Assembly: GCA_022750415.1 (NCBI GenBank)
Contig: JAKIVT010000001.1
Location: 38,298-102,297 of the forward strand
Direction of reading: 5' to 3'
Length of the DNA: 64,000 bases
DNA from: Thermoplasmata archaeon
Lineage (GTDB): Archaea > Thermoplasmatota > Thermoplasmata > Lutacidiplasmatales > UBA184
A program made the position numbers and the translations under genes. Under the pieces are notes generated by a model. It was not told the origin of the DNA. It searched no databases and saw only the letters and a program-made list of their open reading frames with translations. Shown here one piece after another: positions 1 through 9,753 of the stretch (its first letter is position 1; every line of letters begins with the position of its first letter).

Positions 1-747
1 GGCGCCCGCATCGATCGCCCGCCGAGCGACGTCCGCGTGGCGGGTGTCGACGGAGAGCGGGATCGAGACCCGGGCCTGCAGCGCCGTCAGGACCGGGGCA
101 AGTCGAGCCCACTCGGCGTCGACGCTCACCTCGCCCGCCCCCGGCCGGGTCGATTCGGCTCCGATGTCGAGGACGTCCGCGCCCTCGGCGATGAGCCGCT
201 CCGCGTGCGCCACGGCGTCGTCCGACCCGAGAAACCGACCCCCATCGGAGAACGAGTCGGGCGTGACGTTGACCACCCCCATCGTCTTCGGCCGGTCCCC
301 GAGGACGACCGACCGATGGGGACCCCGGATCGTCCGCGGGGAGCGACGGGAGAAGTTCGCGATCGCCGACTCGACGGCCCGTCCGACATCCCCCAGGTGG
401 AACGGCTGCCGTTCGAGCTTTGGCACGACCCGGCGGTACTGGCCGAGCGTGGCGGCGAGCACGACGATGGAACGCTCGACACTGTGGTCGGCGACCCCCC
501 TCGCGTGGGCCGCGTCCGCGCCCACGGCGAGGAATTCCTGCTTCAGGAGCGGGGACGCCTTCAACGAAACGTCGCCCACCCGGACGAGAATGGTGCGCCC
601 CTTGCGCGCGATCAGGGCGACCCCCTCGGGGTCGGAATCGGTTCGTTCGAGCTCCCGCGCGATCTCCCCCAGGTCCTCGACCTGCAACACCCGGACGCGA
701 TGCTTCGCGATCGCGGCCCGGGCGCTTGGGGCAGTGGAGGGGTCCAC
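1..747 (-). CDS. folP: dihydropteroate synthase, partial (3' end runs off the left window edge), with an N-terminal extra domain
   Basis: Hand translation of the minus strand; absent from the ORF track because there is no in-window stop. The frame opens after a TGA at 754-756, with GTG at 747. It contains MGVVNVTPDSFSDGG (from 282 downwards) and ADVLDIGAESTRPGAG (about 190-140), the two hallmark DHPS motifs. Confidence 0.85.
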   Translation of the reverse strand, partial: MDPSTAPSARAAIAKHRVRVLQVEDLGEIARELERTDSDPEGVALIARKGRTILVRVGDVSLKASPLLKQEFLAVGADAAHARGVADHSVERSIVVLAATLGQYRRVVPKLERQPFHLGDVGRAVESAIANFSRRSPRTIRGPHRSVVLGDRPKTMGVVNVTPDSFSDGGRFLGSDDAVAHAERLIAEGADVLDIGAESTRPGAGEVSVDAEWARLAPVLTALQARVSIPLSVDTRHADVARRAIDAGA

Positions 748-821
748 GCCCCGTCAGGTGGAGGCGGCGAGAAAACGTCGCCGACCGTCGGGGTCTTGTC
801 CCTTCCGACGGTAGGCGGGAG

Positions 822-1532
822 GTGGGGACGGACGGTCGCGGGCGGGTGGTGGCGCTCGAAGGCCCCTCCGCGGTCGGCAAGACCACCGTTTCCCGCCTGC
901 TGGCGGACCGTTCGGATTGGACCGTGTTGGGCGAGGCGTCGGTCCGCCTGCGTCCCCGCCCGACCTTGCGATTCGCCTCACCCTCGGGCCTCTTCCGGAT
1001 CGAACGTCGCCTGCTGGGAGAGGAACGACGACGGTGCGACACCGCACGACAGCTGAGCGATCGAGGGCTCGATGTCCTGCTCGACACGGCCCCGTTCGGA
1101 CCGGCCACCTACTCGCTCGCCGTGGCGCGGCTCGACCCGGCGTTTGGGCCAACGGCTTCCCGAATCGCAGCTCAGGTGGTCGAGGAGGTGCGAAACGGCC
1201 GCCTCCTGGTCCCCCATCGCGTGGTGTACCTTTCGGCTCCTGACTCGGCCCTCCGAACGCGGGCCGAAGCGGACCGCCAACGCCACCCGCCCCGGCTCGC
1301 CGCGCGACATCGCGCCGTGGGTCAAATCGAACGGAAGTTCTGGACCTCGCTGGCCAAGGCCTCGGATGGCGCGGTGGGGTTTCTTTCCGCTTCCGGCGCC
1401 CCCTCGGGGGTGGCCTCCCGTCTCCTGACGCGACTCGCCAAGCAGGGGTCGGCCCTCGACGAACGGGTCGTCCTCGGCACGCTCCGAAACTTCGAACGGG
1501 AATGCCTCCGAGCGCGTGCGGGAAATCGTTAA
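822..1532 (+). CDS. P-loop NTPase / nucleoside(-tide) kinase-like protein
   Basis: C-terminal two thirds of track ORF 420..1532. Walker A is VVALEGPSAVGKTT. The upstream part overlaps folP, so I place the start at GTG 822 (GTG 846/849 also possible). Divergent from folP. Confidence 0.6.
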   Translation: MGTDGRGRVVALEGPSAVGKTTVSRLLADRSDWTVLGEASVRLRPRPTLRFASPSGLFRIERRLLGEERRRCDTARQLSDRGLDVLLDTAPFGPATYSLAVARLDPAFGPTASRIAAQVVEEVRNGRLLVPHRVVYLSAPDSALRTRAEADRQRHPPRLAARHRAVGQIERKFWTSLAKASDGAVGFLSASGAPSGVASRLLTRLAKQGSALDERVVLGTLRNFERECLRARAGNR

Positions 1533-1565
1533 GAACCGTGCCCGGTCTCGCCGGCCTCCCCGCCG

Positions 1566-1778
1566 ATGAAGCCCCTCGACGTTCTGCAGCAGAGCCTCCA
1601 CAAGCGCGTGCTCGTGGAGACCAAGGGCGGACGCTCGTTCCGGGGCGTCCTCGACGCGTTCGACCAGCACCTGAACCTCGTGCTGACCGGCGCCGATGAG
1701 GTCGTCGCGGACGTGACGACGCCCCATGCCGGGATCACCCTTGTTCGGGGCGACAGCGTGGTCTTCATCTCGCCGTAA
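1566..1778 (+). CDS. Sm-like archaeal protein (LSm/SmAP)
   Basis: 70-aa ORF with the Sm1/Sm2 pattern ([26 protein letters not shown] ... [12 protein letters not shown]). It is followed immediately by L37e, a gene pair conserved in archaea. Confidence 0.9.
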   Translation: MKPLDVLQQSLHKRVLVETKGGRSFRGVLDAFDQHLNLVLTGADEVVADVTTPHAGITLVRGDSVVFISP

Positions 1779-1798
1779 GGAATCGAAGGGAAGCAACC

Positions 1799-1963
1799 AT
1801 GGGAAAGGGAACTCCGTCTCGGCGCGGCGGCAAGATCGTGCACATCCGGTGCCGCCGTTGCGGGTCCCACTCCTACCACCGGCAAAAGGGTGTTTGCGCG
1901 TCCTGCGGCTTCGGCGACACCGCGACCCGCCGCCGGTACGACTGGGCGAAGCTGAAGCGCTAG
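1799..1963 (+). CDS. rpl37e: 50S ribosomal protein L37e
   Basis: Below the track's size cut-off; hand translation gives [54 protein letters not shown]. It carries a C4 zinc ribbon (CRRC...CASC) and the typical basic termini. Confidence 0.93.
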   Translation: MGKGTPSRRGGKIVHIRCRRCGSHSYHRQKGVCASCGFGDTATRRRYDWAKLKR

Positions 1964-2559
1964 GCCGCCCCCCGCGCCCACGGCCGCGGCGACGAAACCG
2001 CGGAATGCCCGCTCCACGAGAAACGGAGGTTCCGTTCGGTGGCCCGGGAGATTCCGACCCTCGGAGTCCGGGTCACGGTAGGTGGACGGGAGTCGCCTTC
2101 CACGACTCGGACCCGACCGGTGATCAGCGACGCTCCGTCGTCCGATAGGGAGAGTTCGAATCCTCGGGCGAGCCGGCCCGGACCCGACAGACTCTCCGGG
2201 CCCCCGTCGAGGGATTCGGCGGCGCGGAGGAGAACGGCTTGCCCGGGTCGGGTTACGGCGTTCGCGCAATAGACCTGGTGGATCCGGAAAACGTAGAGCG
2301 TGCCGGGCGGTCCGAACATCGACCGATTCCGCTCGGTCCGGCCCCGGAACGAGTGGCTCGCCGGATCGTCCCCCAAGTAGGCTTCCGTCTCGACGATCCG
2401 GGCGACCCGGAACCCCCGGACCCGTGGGGCGACCACCCACGCGCCGAGGAGCTCCTTCGCGACGGTGGAGGTCGGCCGGTCGTAGAACGATGTGGGGAGA
2501 GGCCGACGGTACCGCGCGCGGACCGTGGCGAGGTTCAGAGCAGCTTGCCCCGGTCGCAC
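1960..2559 (-). CDS. DNA-3-methyladenine glycosylase (Mpg/AAG family)
   Basis: C-terminal 199 aa of track ORF 1960..3417, with [38 protein letters not shown]. There is no in-frame ATG; GTG at 2559 is the only plausible start and overlaps the upstream gene end by 25 nt. Its stop overlaps the L37e stop (CTAG at 1960-1963). Confidence 0.8.
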   Translation of the reverse strand: MRPGQAALNLATVRARYRRPLPTSFYDRPTSTVAKELLGAWVVAPRVRGFRVARIVETEAYLGDDPASHSFRGRTERNRSMFGPPGTLYVFRIHQVYCANAVTRPGQAVLLRAAESLDGGPESLSGPGRLARGFELSLSDDGASLITGRVRVVEGDSRPPTVTRTPRVGISRATERNLRFSWSGHSAVSSPRPWARGAA

Positions 2560-3644
2560 AACGGCTTCCCGTCGACCGCGACCGTCGCTTCGCCGATGAC
2601 GATCCAGGAGAGGAACGGGCACTTGTTCGTCCCGCCGTACGCCGCGTTCCCCCCGATGCCGAGCGTCACGGCGCCGGCCTCCTGATCCTCCACCTGAGGG
2701 ACTCCCGGGTCGAGCGACGGGTTGATGCCGATCGAGAAGATCGAGACGATGTCCTTCCCCCTTGGGGCCGCCTGGAACGCCGCGTCGAACTCGGCTTGGC
2801 CCTCGGTGTACCAGATGTTCGACACCTTCCCGGATTTCGCCTCCCATTGGCCCCCTTCGACCCGACCGGCGCGGAGGAAGCTCGGCCGGTTGGCGATGGC
2901 GATTCCCTCGGCGCTCTTCTCGTCGACCGCCACCAGCACCGTTCCGGGCGGGGAGACGGTCATGTTGGCGCCGATGGCGAGGTCCTCGCTCGTCACCGAT
3001 CCGTCGTCGACCCACGGGGTACGGTGCCGCAGCTTGAGGGAGACATCCGTTCCATTCGGAGCCGTGATTCGGAGCATGGAGCCGGTCTTGAGTTTCTGGG
3101 CGGCCCGCTTCGCGTCGTTGTGGACGGCGGCGAGGTCGACCTCGGTGGCCGCGCGGACGAGCTGATCGCGCCACGTGATCCCGGAGACACCCCACCGTTC
3201 GGCCTGGGCGTCGGAGGCGTACCCGAGGACGGAGCGGACCCCGCGCAGGCGGGCCTTCTTCGCCCTTCGGTACCACTCGCCGTTGTAGGCGAGCAGCTCC
3301 TCCATCCGCTTCGCGGGCTGCTGGACGAGCCTCGGCCGGTCGGCCGGGCCGGGGAAGAAGATGTACGCGTGGGACCGGGTGAGGGCGGCCCACTCGTGGT
3401 CGCCCGGTTTCGCCCACCCCTTGACCGAGGGGGCTTCCTCAATGCTCCGCCAGTACGCCGGCTCGTCCTCGAGCCAAAGGATCGGCCTCGCCCCGATCCG
3501 GCGCGCCTCGACCACGCACGCCCGCGCGTAATCGAGCGTGTGGTTCCAGGTCTCGATGACCACGTTCTCGCCCGCGCGCACATGGAGGGCGCCGCCGAGG
3601 AGCGAGCGGGCGAGCAACGTCGTGGCCGCCCCGTCTGTGGCCAT
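2535..3644 (-). CDS. aminopeptidase, M29 (AmpS/aminopeptidase T)-like
   Basis: Track ORF 2535..4046, trimmed to the internal ATG at 3644 (MATDGAATTLLARSLLGGALHVRAGENVVIETW...). The upstream 134 aa are R/S/P-rich junk. Family assignment is by overall pattern only (IGANMTVSPPGTVLV, VTLGIGGNAAYGG). Confidence 0.7.
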   Translation of the reverse strand: MATDGAATTLLARSLLGGALHVRAGENVVIETWNHTLDYARACVVEARRIGARPILWLEDEPAYWRSIEEAPSVKGWAKPGDHEWAALTRSHAYIFFPGPADRPRLVQQPAKRMEELLAYNGEWYRRAKKARLRGVRSVLGYASDAQAERWGVSGITWRDQLVRAATEVDLAAVHNDAKRAAQKLKTGSMLRITAPNGTDVSLKLRHRTPWVDDGSVTSEDLAIGANMTVSPPGTVLVAVDEKSAEGIAIANRPSFLRAGRVEGGQWEAKSGKVSNIWYTEGQAEFDAAFQAAPRGKDIVSIFSIGINPSLDPGVPQVEDQEAGAVTLGIGGNAAYGGTNKCPFLSWIVIGEATVAVDGKPLCDRGKLL

Positions 3645-3675
3645 CGGAGATACGTACGCCTCTGGGGGTTTAGAC

Positions 3676-5010
3676 TTACTCGTAGTTGGGCAGCCTGCGG
3701 CCTCCCCGGATCGCACCGACGAGCGCTTCGGAGCTCTCCCCGGCCGAAGCGAACGACCGGGCCACTGCGACGAGCAGTCGTCCCGCATCGGCCCGGTCGG
3801 GACGGTACCCACTCGGCCGCCAACGGCGGGGGAACGACCGGCCCCACCCGGACTCGGTCGCCGCCCGCCGAACGACCGGGGCGACACGACGGGCTCGAGA
3901 GAAGGCGTCGAGGTCTCGGCAGAGGTCGGCCGAGACTCCCTCCCGGCGCCAGGCGGCGAGGAGCGCCTGGATCTTCTCCGGACGGTGCCGGTGGGTCCGG
4001 CTCCCCTCGCCGAGAACTCCGTTGAAGTACAGGAACGGACCGCCAACCTGGAGCGCCTCGAGCAACGTCCGACTTCCGGTCACGATCCGGAGCGCCGCCC
4101 CTCGGAATCGGGCGTTCCAGTCGGCCGAATCCATGGGCCGTTCCACCGACCACGCCAGGGAGGGTACCGAGGCGAACGTCATCGGTCGCGGGGACCGGAC
4201 TCGAACCCGCGACACTCCCGTTCCTTGGAGACCGGCGGCGACGGCGTCCGCGAGGCGGGCGGACGACGCGGGGCTCGCATACCAGACCCACTCCGTCGAT
4301 CGGACCCGTTCTCCGCGCTGCACTGAGCTGGCCGTTGGAACCGGCCAAAGGGGCCCGACCTCGACGACTTCGGGGAACTCCCGGGTGAACTGGGGAGACG
4401 GTCCAAACCCCTGGAAGAGGTGGAGGATGTTCGGACGGTCGAACGCCCGGAACCGGCGGAACGCTTCGTGGAACTCCTCGGCGTCCCGACGGAACGCAGC
4501 GCGGGTCCGGAGTCGCGCGATCGGACGCGCCCGCATTCCTCCCTCCCGCCAACGCTCCGCGTTCTCTTCGCGCGACGTGAGGGTGCGGGCGAACTCTTCC
4601 AGACTCACATGCAGTGTGCGCGTGGCCCCGTAGGCCCGCTCGATCTGTTCAGCCTCGACCGACCAGACGCCGCCCCTTCCGAGTCGCCCGGGCCGGTCGG
4701 GAGCCGCGGTCACTCCCCAGTTCGGGGTGATCGTAAGGGCCCGGTCCGCACGAGGCGCCATCGTCGAGCGTCGTGCCACGCCGCTCCAGTCCCAAGGTCC
4801 GTCGAGCGACTTGGGGAGGGGACGGCCGGCCGTGCGGTAGACGGTGCCGGGAAATCCGGCGCGCTCGAGCGTTCGACCCGCGTCGAGCACCTCGGCGATG
4901 TCGCCCCAACCTCCGCCGACCACCGCGGGCATCCAGTAGACGTCGAGGCGCCCGGACCATGAGGTCGGGTCAAGCGATTCCGGTCGGACGGGCGAGCGTG
5001 CGACTCCCAT
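3676..5010 (-). CDS. hypothetical protein, GT-B glycosyltransferase-like (start uncertain: ATG 5052, 5010 or 4932)
   Basis: Track ORF 3676..5052. It has an N-terminal strand plus Gly-rich loop (RLDVYWMPAVVGGGWGDIAEVL) and a C-terminal RIVTGSRTLLEALQVGGPFLYFNG motif, as in GT-B enzymes. Start 5010 keeps the first strand but overlaps the GNAT stop by 41 nt. Confidence 0.55.
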   Translation of the reverse strand: MGVARSPVRPESLDPTSWSGRLDVYWMPAVVGGGWGDIAEVLDAGRTLERAGFPGTVYRTAGRPLPKSLDGPWDWSGVARRSTMAPRADRALTITPNWGVTAAPDRPGRLGRGGVWSVEAEQIERAYGATRTLHVSLEEFARTLTSREENAERWREGGMRARPIARLRTRAAFRRDAEEFHEAFRRFRAFDRPNILHLFQGFGPSPQFTREFPEVVEVGPLWPVPTASSVQRGERVRSTEWVWYASPASSARLADAVAAGLQGTGVSRVRVRSPRPMTFASVPSLAWSVERPMDSADWNARFRGAALRIVTGSRTLLEALQVGGPFLYFNGVLGEGSRTHRHRPEKIQALLAAWRREGVSADLCRDLDAFSRARRVAPVVRRAATESGWGRSFPRRWRPSGYRPDRADAGRLLVAVARSFASAGESSEALVGAIRGGRRLPNYE

Positions 5011-5911
5011 AGGCGAGCTCGAACCCCGCGCTCCGCAATGCGGCCGCACCATGGAGGTTTTCGTCGGCGACCTCGCTCAGGAGGCGGACCGCGCCGTTCG
5101 CGACCGCCCAGCGGACCGCCGTCTCGACGAGGGCCTGCACCTCGGCCGGCGCGGCCGAAGGGTCGACGACAGGCGCGGTGAGGTGGCCCGCCTCCATCGC
5201 CGGGCTGACGGTGGCGCGGACCCAGCCGATTGCTCCCGACCCGGTGTCGAGGACCCAACTCGCGGTCTTCGAGTCGAGCGCCCGGACGATGCTGGGGGCC
5301 AATCCAAACTCGCCCGGACGTACCGGCTGCACCGCAGTTCGCGCGGCGGGAAGGAACGAGCCGACGATTGCGGCGAGTTTCGGACCGTCACTCTTTCGGA
5401 ACTCCCGCCGGTGCGGGGACGGGGCGGGCTCCGGAGGGGCCGTGGGCGAGGCCCGGAGATAGTTGCTGGAATGTCCGACGGGCGTGTAGCCGAGCGAGTC
5501 GTAGAGCGCGGCCGCCCCCGGGTTGTCGTCGACCACGTCGAGGACGACGTAGTGTTTCCGTGCCCTTCGGGCGGAGTCGTGGCACGCGGCGAGGACCTGC
5601 TTCGCGAAGCCGCGCCGGCGGAACTCCGGCGCCACGAAGACGTTCGCCACGTAGGCGGAGACGGGTCCGAACGACTGGAGGGCGCTTGCCGCGAGTGCCC
5701 CATCCGCCTCGAGGATCCAGAGCCGGAACAGCGGTCGCCCGATCGCATTGAAGAACCCCAGGATGAGCCGGTAGTCCCACCGGTCCACCCGGCGCACGAT
5801 CTTGGCGAACGCATCGTAGCGCCACCCGAGGAGCGCGGTCTCCTTCGGGAACTCGGAGACCATCAGTTGGTAGTAGCGCGGGAGGTCCGCGATACGGAAC
5901 GGCCTCAGCAT
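4970..5911 (-). CDS. GNAT family N-acetyltransferase (two-domain)
   Basis: 313-aa ORF with an ATG start. The acetyl-CoA motif is VFVAPEFRRRGFAKQVL, followed by a second GNAT-like half. Confidence 0.8.
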   Translation of the reverse strand: MLRPFRIADLPRYYQLMVSEFPKETALLGWRYDAFAKIVRRVDRWDYRLILGFFNAIGRPLFRLWILEADGALAASALQSFGPVSAYVANVFVAPEFRRRGFAKQVLAACHDSARRARKHYVVLDVVDDNPGAAALYDSLGYTPVGHSSNYLRASPTAPPEPAPSPHRREFRKSDGPKLAAIVGSFLPAARTAVQPVRPGEFGLAPSIVRALDSKTASWVLDTGSGAIGWVRATVSPAMEAGHLTAPVVDPSAAPAEVQALVETAVRWAVANGAVRLLSEVADENLHGAAALRSAGFELAYGSRTLARPTGIA

Positions 5912-7389
5912 CCGAGCTCGTCGTCGTCCGCCGCGGCGAGGACGCCGTCGAACAACTGGCGGAGCGTGATGCTGGAGGTCGAGGCGGTCTCGAACGTCGG
6001 GAGGCGGGCGGGCCGGTCGAGCTCATCGTCCCGAACGCGGGCCCGGGCGTCGGAGACGGCCCGGAGGACGACGGGGTCGTTCTCCCCCTCGGAGAGCCGG
6101 GAGAGCGCCTGCACCGTCGCGTCGAAGAGCCGGCTCTCGGCGTCGGAGAGGAGCTTGACGGCGCCGTCGCCCTCGGCGATGGTCCGGACCTCGCCCGGGG
6201 TCGGAGCCAGGGAGCGGAGCATCTGCACGAGCGACTCCTTCGCCCCGTCGTCCCGGAGACAGCCGAGCGCCCAGACAGCCGCGAGCCGAACCTCGGGGAC
6301 CGGATGTTTCAGCTCTTCTCGGACCCGGGGCGCCGCCGCGGTGAGCCCGAGCTGGCCGATCGCATGCAGCGCTCCGCGGCGGGGCCAGGGGTGCGTATCT
6401 TCGAGGCGCTCGAGGAGCCGGTTGAGATCCTCCGGTCCTCCGACGCGGGCGAGGCATTCCGCCCCGGCACCGCGAACGGCCCACGCGGGGTCGTTCAGGG
6501 CGGCGCGGGCCACCCCACGGGCCTCGTCGACGCCGAGGAGGCCGAGCGCGTGGATGGCACAGACCCGCACCCAGGCCTCCCGGCGCGAGGCGGCGCCGAC
6601 GAGGGCGGAGGCGACCGACGGGTCGCCGATCCGGCCGAGCGCGACGAGGACCGCGGGAAGGACCCAGCTTTCGTCGCGCTGGATCCGCTCGAGAAGCATC
6701 GGAACGCTGGAGCGGTCGCGGCGCCGGCCGAGCGTGACGGCGGCGGAGACCCGGACGCGGCGGGCCGGGTCGTTGAGGAACCGCCGGACGAGGTCGGGGA
6801 CCTCGGCTTGTTCGAGGCGTCCGAGCCCGAGGATCGCCTCGCGCCGCACCCGGTCGTTCGTGTCCGAAAGCGCCGCCGAGAGCGGGAGGAACGTCGCGGG
6901 GGTCGGTAGCCGACCGATCGCCGATGCCGCCGACCAGCGGACCGACGGGTCGGGGTCGTGGAGGAGCGGGGTGAGCGCGTCGAGGGACGCCACGTCGGCG
7001 ATCGCCCAGAGCGCCCACGCCGCCTGCGACCGGACCCGGGCATACGGGTCGCCGAGCGCGGCCTCGAGCGGCTCCCGGCTCCTTGGGAGGGCGAGCGCGC
7101 CGAGCGATTCGGCCGCCGTGCCCCGAACCGCGGCGTCGGGGTCCTGGAGCGCGGTCTCGAGGAGCACGCGGCCCCGGATGTCCTTGAGCGAACCGAGGGT
7201 CCATGCCGCGGCGCGGCGCAGCCGGGCGTCGGAGTCCCCGAGCGCGATGACGACCGTGTCGAAGCCGCCTGCGGTCTGCGCGTTCTCCGAGATCCCCTTG
7301 AGCTCGCTCAGCCGGGCTTCGAGGCCCGCGCGTTCGCTGGCACCCAACGGCTCCGCCGAGTTCTTGGCCCGACGGGCCCGCGTACCCAC
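5905..7389 (-). CDS. HEAT-repeat (PBS-lyase HEAT-like repeat) protein
   Basis: 494 aa with more than 10 iterations of the D/NPxxxVRxxAAxALGxL repeat. GTG start at 7389. It overlaps the PolB-like gene end by 82 nt and the downstream GNAT start by 7 nt. Confidence 0.8.
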   Translation of the reverse strand: MGTRARRAKNSAEPLGASERAGLEARLSELKGISENAQTAGGFDTVVIALGDSDARLRRAAAWTLGSLKDIRGRVLLETALQDPDAAVRGTAAESLGALALPRSREPLEAALGDPYARVRSQAAWALWAIADVASLDALTPLLHDPDPSVRWSAASAIGRLPTPATFLPLSAALSDTNDRVRREAILGLGRLEQAEVPDLVRRFLNDPARRVRVSAAVTLGRRRDRSSVPMLLERIQRDESWVLPAVLVALGRIGDPSVASALVGAASRREAWVRVCAIHALGLLGVDEARGVARAALNDPAWAVRGAGAECLARVGGPEDLNRLLERLEDTHPWPRRGALHAIGQLGLTAAAPRVREELKHPVPEVRLAAVWALGCLRDDGAKESLVQMLRSLAPTPGEVRTIAEGDGAVKLLSDAESRLFDATVQALSRLSEGENDPVVLRAVSDARARVRDDELDRPARLPTFETASTSSITLRQLFDGVLAAADDDELGC

Positions 7390-9734
7390 GAAGGGTTCGG
7401 AGTGCGCGACGGTTCATTAGGGGAACGGGGGCGTGGTGGCGGCTCGGCGAGCCGGCGCTGGCTCGGCCCCTCCGGCGACCGGTACCGGTCGCGTCCCGGC
7501 GCCGCCGGCAACTGCCAGCGTTCGCTCAGGAGCGCCCGGTCGATCCCGAGCGGGACGAGGAGCGTCTCCGCGGAGCGGGCGAGCATCTCCAGGTACGCGT
7601 CGGCGTCGTACGACTCGTCGCCACGGAGCCGCTCGGCGACCTTCACCCGGTCCCGCCAGGAGCGGGACCTCCGGTCGACGACGAGGTACCGGACCGTCTC
7701 CCCCGGGCCCCGGTCGACGCCGACGTCCTTCAGCTGCCGCAGCGCCGCCGTCGTGTCGGTGAACGCCACGAACTCCTCCGCGCGCCGGGCGACCCGGTGG
7801 GCGATGAGGAGCTCCTCGCGCGGCCAGTTGCCGGCCCGGACCGTTTCGGCGAAGACGTCGGCGCGGGCGAGGAGCCGGGGGGCGAGCGCGCGGACCTCGT
7901 CGGCCGACCCGGCGTGGCCGAGCATCTCGAGCAGCTCGGTCTCGAACCTCCGCACGAGCTGCGGGGTGTCGTGGCGACGAAGTCCAATCCCGCGGAGCTT
8001 GAACTCGCCGGATTCGTACCGGCCGTAGTACCGGTTCGGCACACCGACGTCGCCCTCCACCGTCGGCAGGAAGACGATCCAGCGGTACCGGCCCTCGTAG
8101 TGGAGCGGAAGGTCGAACACCCGGCTCACCGACTCGGCGAACGCGGGTGCGTCGGGAGGCTGGGTGGGGTCGAGCGCGGTGAGCCAGAGCGAGTCGACGA
8201 GGCCGTGGCGGACCCGGTAGCCGGCCGCTTCGGCGAACGGGACGAGCCGGGCGATCAGGTCGCGGGCGTAGGCGTTGATCGCCTCGTGGCACTCGATCCG
8301 GCCGAACCGGGCGTTCCGGTACCCCTGGTAGCCGAAGGCGGTGACGAGCACCCACTTCAGCATCTTCGCCCGCTGGCTCGCCTTGCGTCGCTCGACGTCG
8401 GGGAGGTCGGTCCGGGCGGCGTCCCGCTTCCAGGCGAGCCGGCGGGCGAGCAACGGCTCGAGCGTCTTCGGGATCAGGCCGATGCGCTTCTGGCACGACC
8501 GGTAGCCGAGCCCCGGCGCGCGCTCCGGACTCTCGGGGCAGCAGGCGCACTCGAGGGTCTCCGCCGACAGGTTGTGGCGGACCATGATGTGCGGGTACAG
8601 GCTCGCGAAATCGAACTCGTCGACGGCGCTGAACACCCCGGGCGGCGGGACGAGGATGACGCCGCCCCGGTCGGCGTCGACGAGCCGACGGGCCGACTTG
8701 AACGACTCCGGGCGGTTCTTCTTCCACGGCACGTGGATGCCGAGCCTAAGCGCCTGCGCGATCTCCATCGCGGTGAACGCGGTCCCCGGCGACTGGCGGG
8801 CGACCACCTGCAGCGAGATCCGCGAGAGGCGCGCCGCGTCGACGAGCCCGTCGATGCCGGCGTCGTCGTAGACGAACGAACTCTCCCGGTCGACGTGGAA
8901 CCGACCCGGGAGCGGGAACGACGCCGGGCGGTGGTAGATCCGCCCGTAGCTCACGAACGTTCGGGCCCCGCCGGCCGCCACGAGCGGCGCCGGCATCCGT
9001 CCGAGGGAGAACGTGCGGGAGGTGAGGCCGATCGCCCGGGCCCGCTCGTACAGCCACGGCACGTCGAAGCCGTCGCCGTCGTTGGAGAGGAGGACGTCCG
9101 GGTCGAGCCGGGCGAGCTCGTCGGCCAGCGCCCGGAACACGTCCGGCTCCTCCCCGTCGATCTGCGCCTCCCCGAGCCGGACGCCGGAGATCCGCGGGTC
9201 CTTCGGGACCACGGTGCCCCGCTTGTGCCCCGCGAGCGCGACCTCGAACGGCGCCACGACGAGCGGCGGCGTCGGGACGTCGGTCGCCTCGGCCGGCATC
9301 GTGGCGACGAACCCCACGCCGTCCCGGTCGACCGGGGCGAACGGGTACGTCCCGTGGGCGAGGTGGTACATCTGCCCCGGCGTCATGTCGACGTCGTAGA
9401 GGAGGAACCGCCGGTACTCCCCGCGCCGGTCGATCCCTCCGGCGAGTCGCTTGCGGCCGTCGTTGCGGCTCGCCGTGACGGCGAGCACCCTCCGGGGCTT
9501 CGGGTCGTAGAACGTCGGCGACTCGTGCTTCCAGGCGAGGCCGGCGACGGCCGGGTCGTCGTCGAGGTCGTGGGCGAGCTCCTCCAAGAGCCTCCTCGGA
9601 CCGTCGACCAAGAACGGCGGGCGGTACGCGACGGTGGTGGCCGCGACCCGGCGGGTCCGGTCGTCCTTCACCCACAGGTACAGATGGGCGCCGTCGGGCG
9701 CCTCGGTCGCGTCGAGGATCCAGCCGTCCGGCAC
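7308..9734 (-). CDS. family B DNA polymerase homologue with degenerate catalytic motifs (probably inactive)
   Basis: 808 aa; GTG start with GGAGGG 4 nt upstream. Motif A DFASLYPHIM and Exo II NDGDGFDVPWLYERA are present. Exo I reads PFEVALAG, motif B reads KWVLVTAFGYQGY, and motif C reads RHGLVDSLWL instead of YGDTDS. Confidence 0.88.
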   Translation of the reverse strand: MPDGWILDATEAPDGAHLYLWVKDDRTRRVAATTVAYRPPFLVDGPRRLLEELAHDLDDDPAVAGLAWKHESPTFYDPKPRRVLAVTASRNDGRKRLAGGIDRRGEYRRFLLYDVDMTPGQMYHLAHGTYPFAPVDRDGVGFVATMPAEATDVPTPPLVVAPFEVALAGHKRGTVVPKDPRISGVRLGEAQIDGEEPDVFRALADELARLDPDVLLSNDGDGFDVPWLYERARAIGLTSRTFSLGRMPAPLVAAGGARTFVSYGRIYHRPASFPLPGRFHVDRESSFVYDDAGIDGLVDAARLSRISLQVVARQSPGTAFTAMEIAQALRLGIHVPWKKNRPESFKSARRLVDADRGGVILVPPPGVFSAVDEFDFASLYPHIMVRHNLSAETLECACCPESPERAPGLGYRSCQKRIGLIPKTLEPLLARRLAWKRDAARTDLPDVERRKASQRAKMLKWVLVTAFGYQGYRNARFGRIECHEAINAYARDLIARLVPFAEAAGYRVRHGLVDSLWLTALDPTQPPDAPAFAESVSRVFDLPLHYEGRYRWIVFLPTVEGDVGVPNRYYGRYESGEFKLRGIGLRRHDTPQLVRRFETELLEMLGHAGSADEVRALAPRLLARADVFAETVRAGNWPREELLIAHRVARRAEEFVAFTDTTAALRQLKDVGVDRGPGETVRYLVVDRRSRSWRDRVKVAERLRGDESYDADAYLEMLARSAETLLVPLGIDRALLSERWQLPAAPGRDRYRSPEGPSQRRLAEPPPRPRSPNEPSRTPNPSWVRGPVGPRTRRSRWVPANARASKPG

Positions 9735-9753
9735 CCGCCCTCCGTCGGAGGGG

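Noticed and set aside
5905-7389. Whether the HEAT-repeat protein is a deoxyhypusine hydroxylase-like enzyme, tempting because it sits next to the EarP-like GT-B protein.
   Set aside because: DOHH is defined by four His-Glu metal-binding motifs within its HEAT repeats. I find no HE dipeptide in any repeat of this protein.
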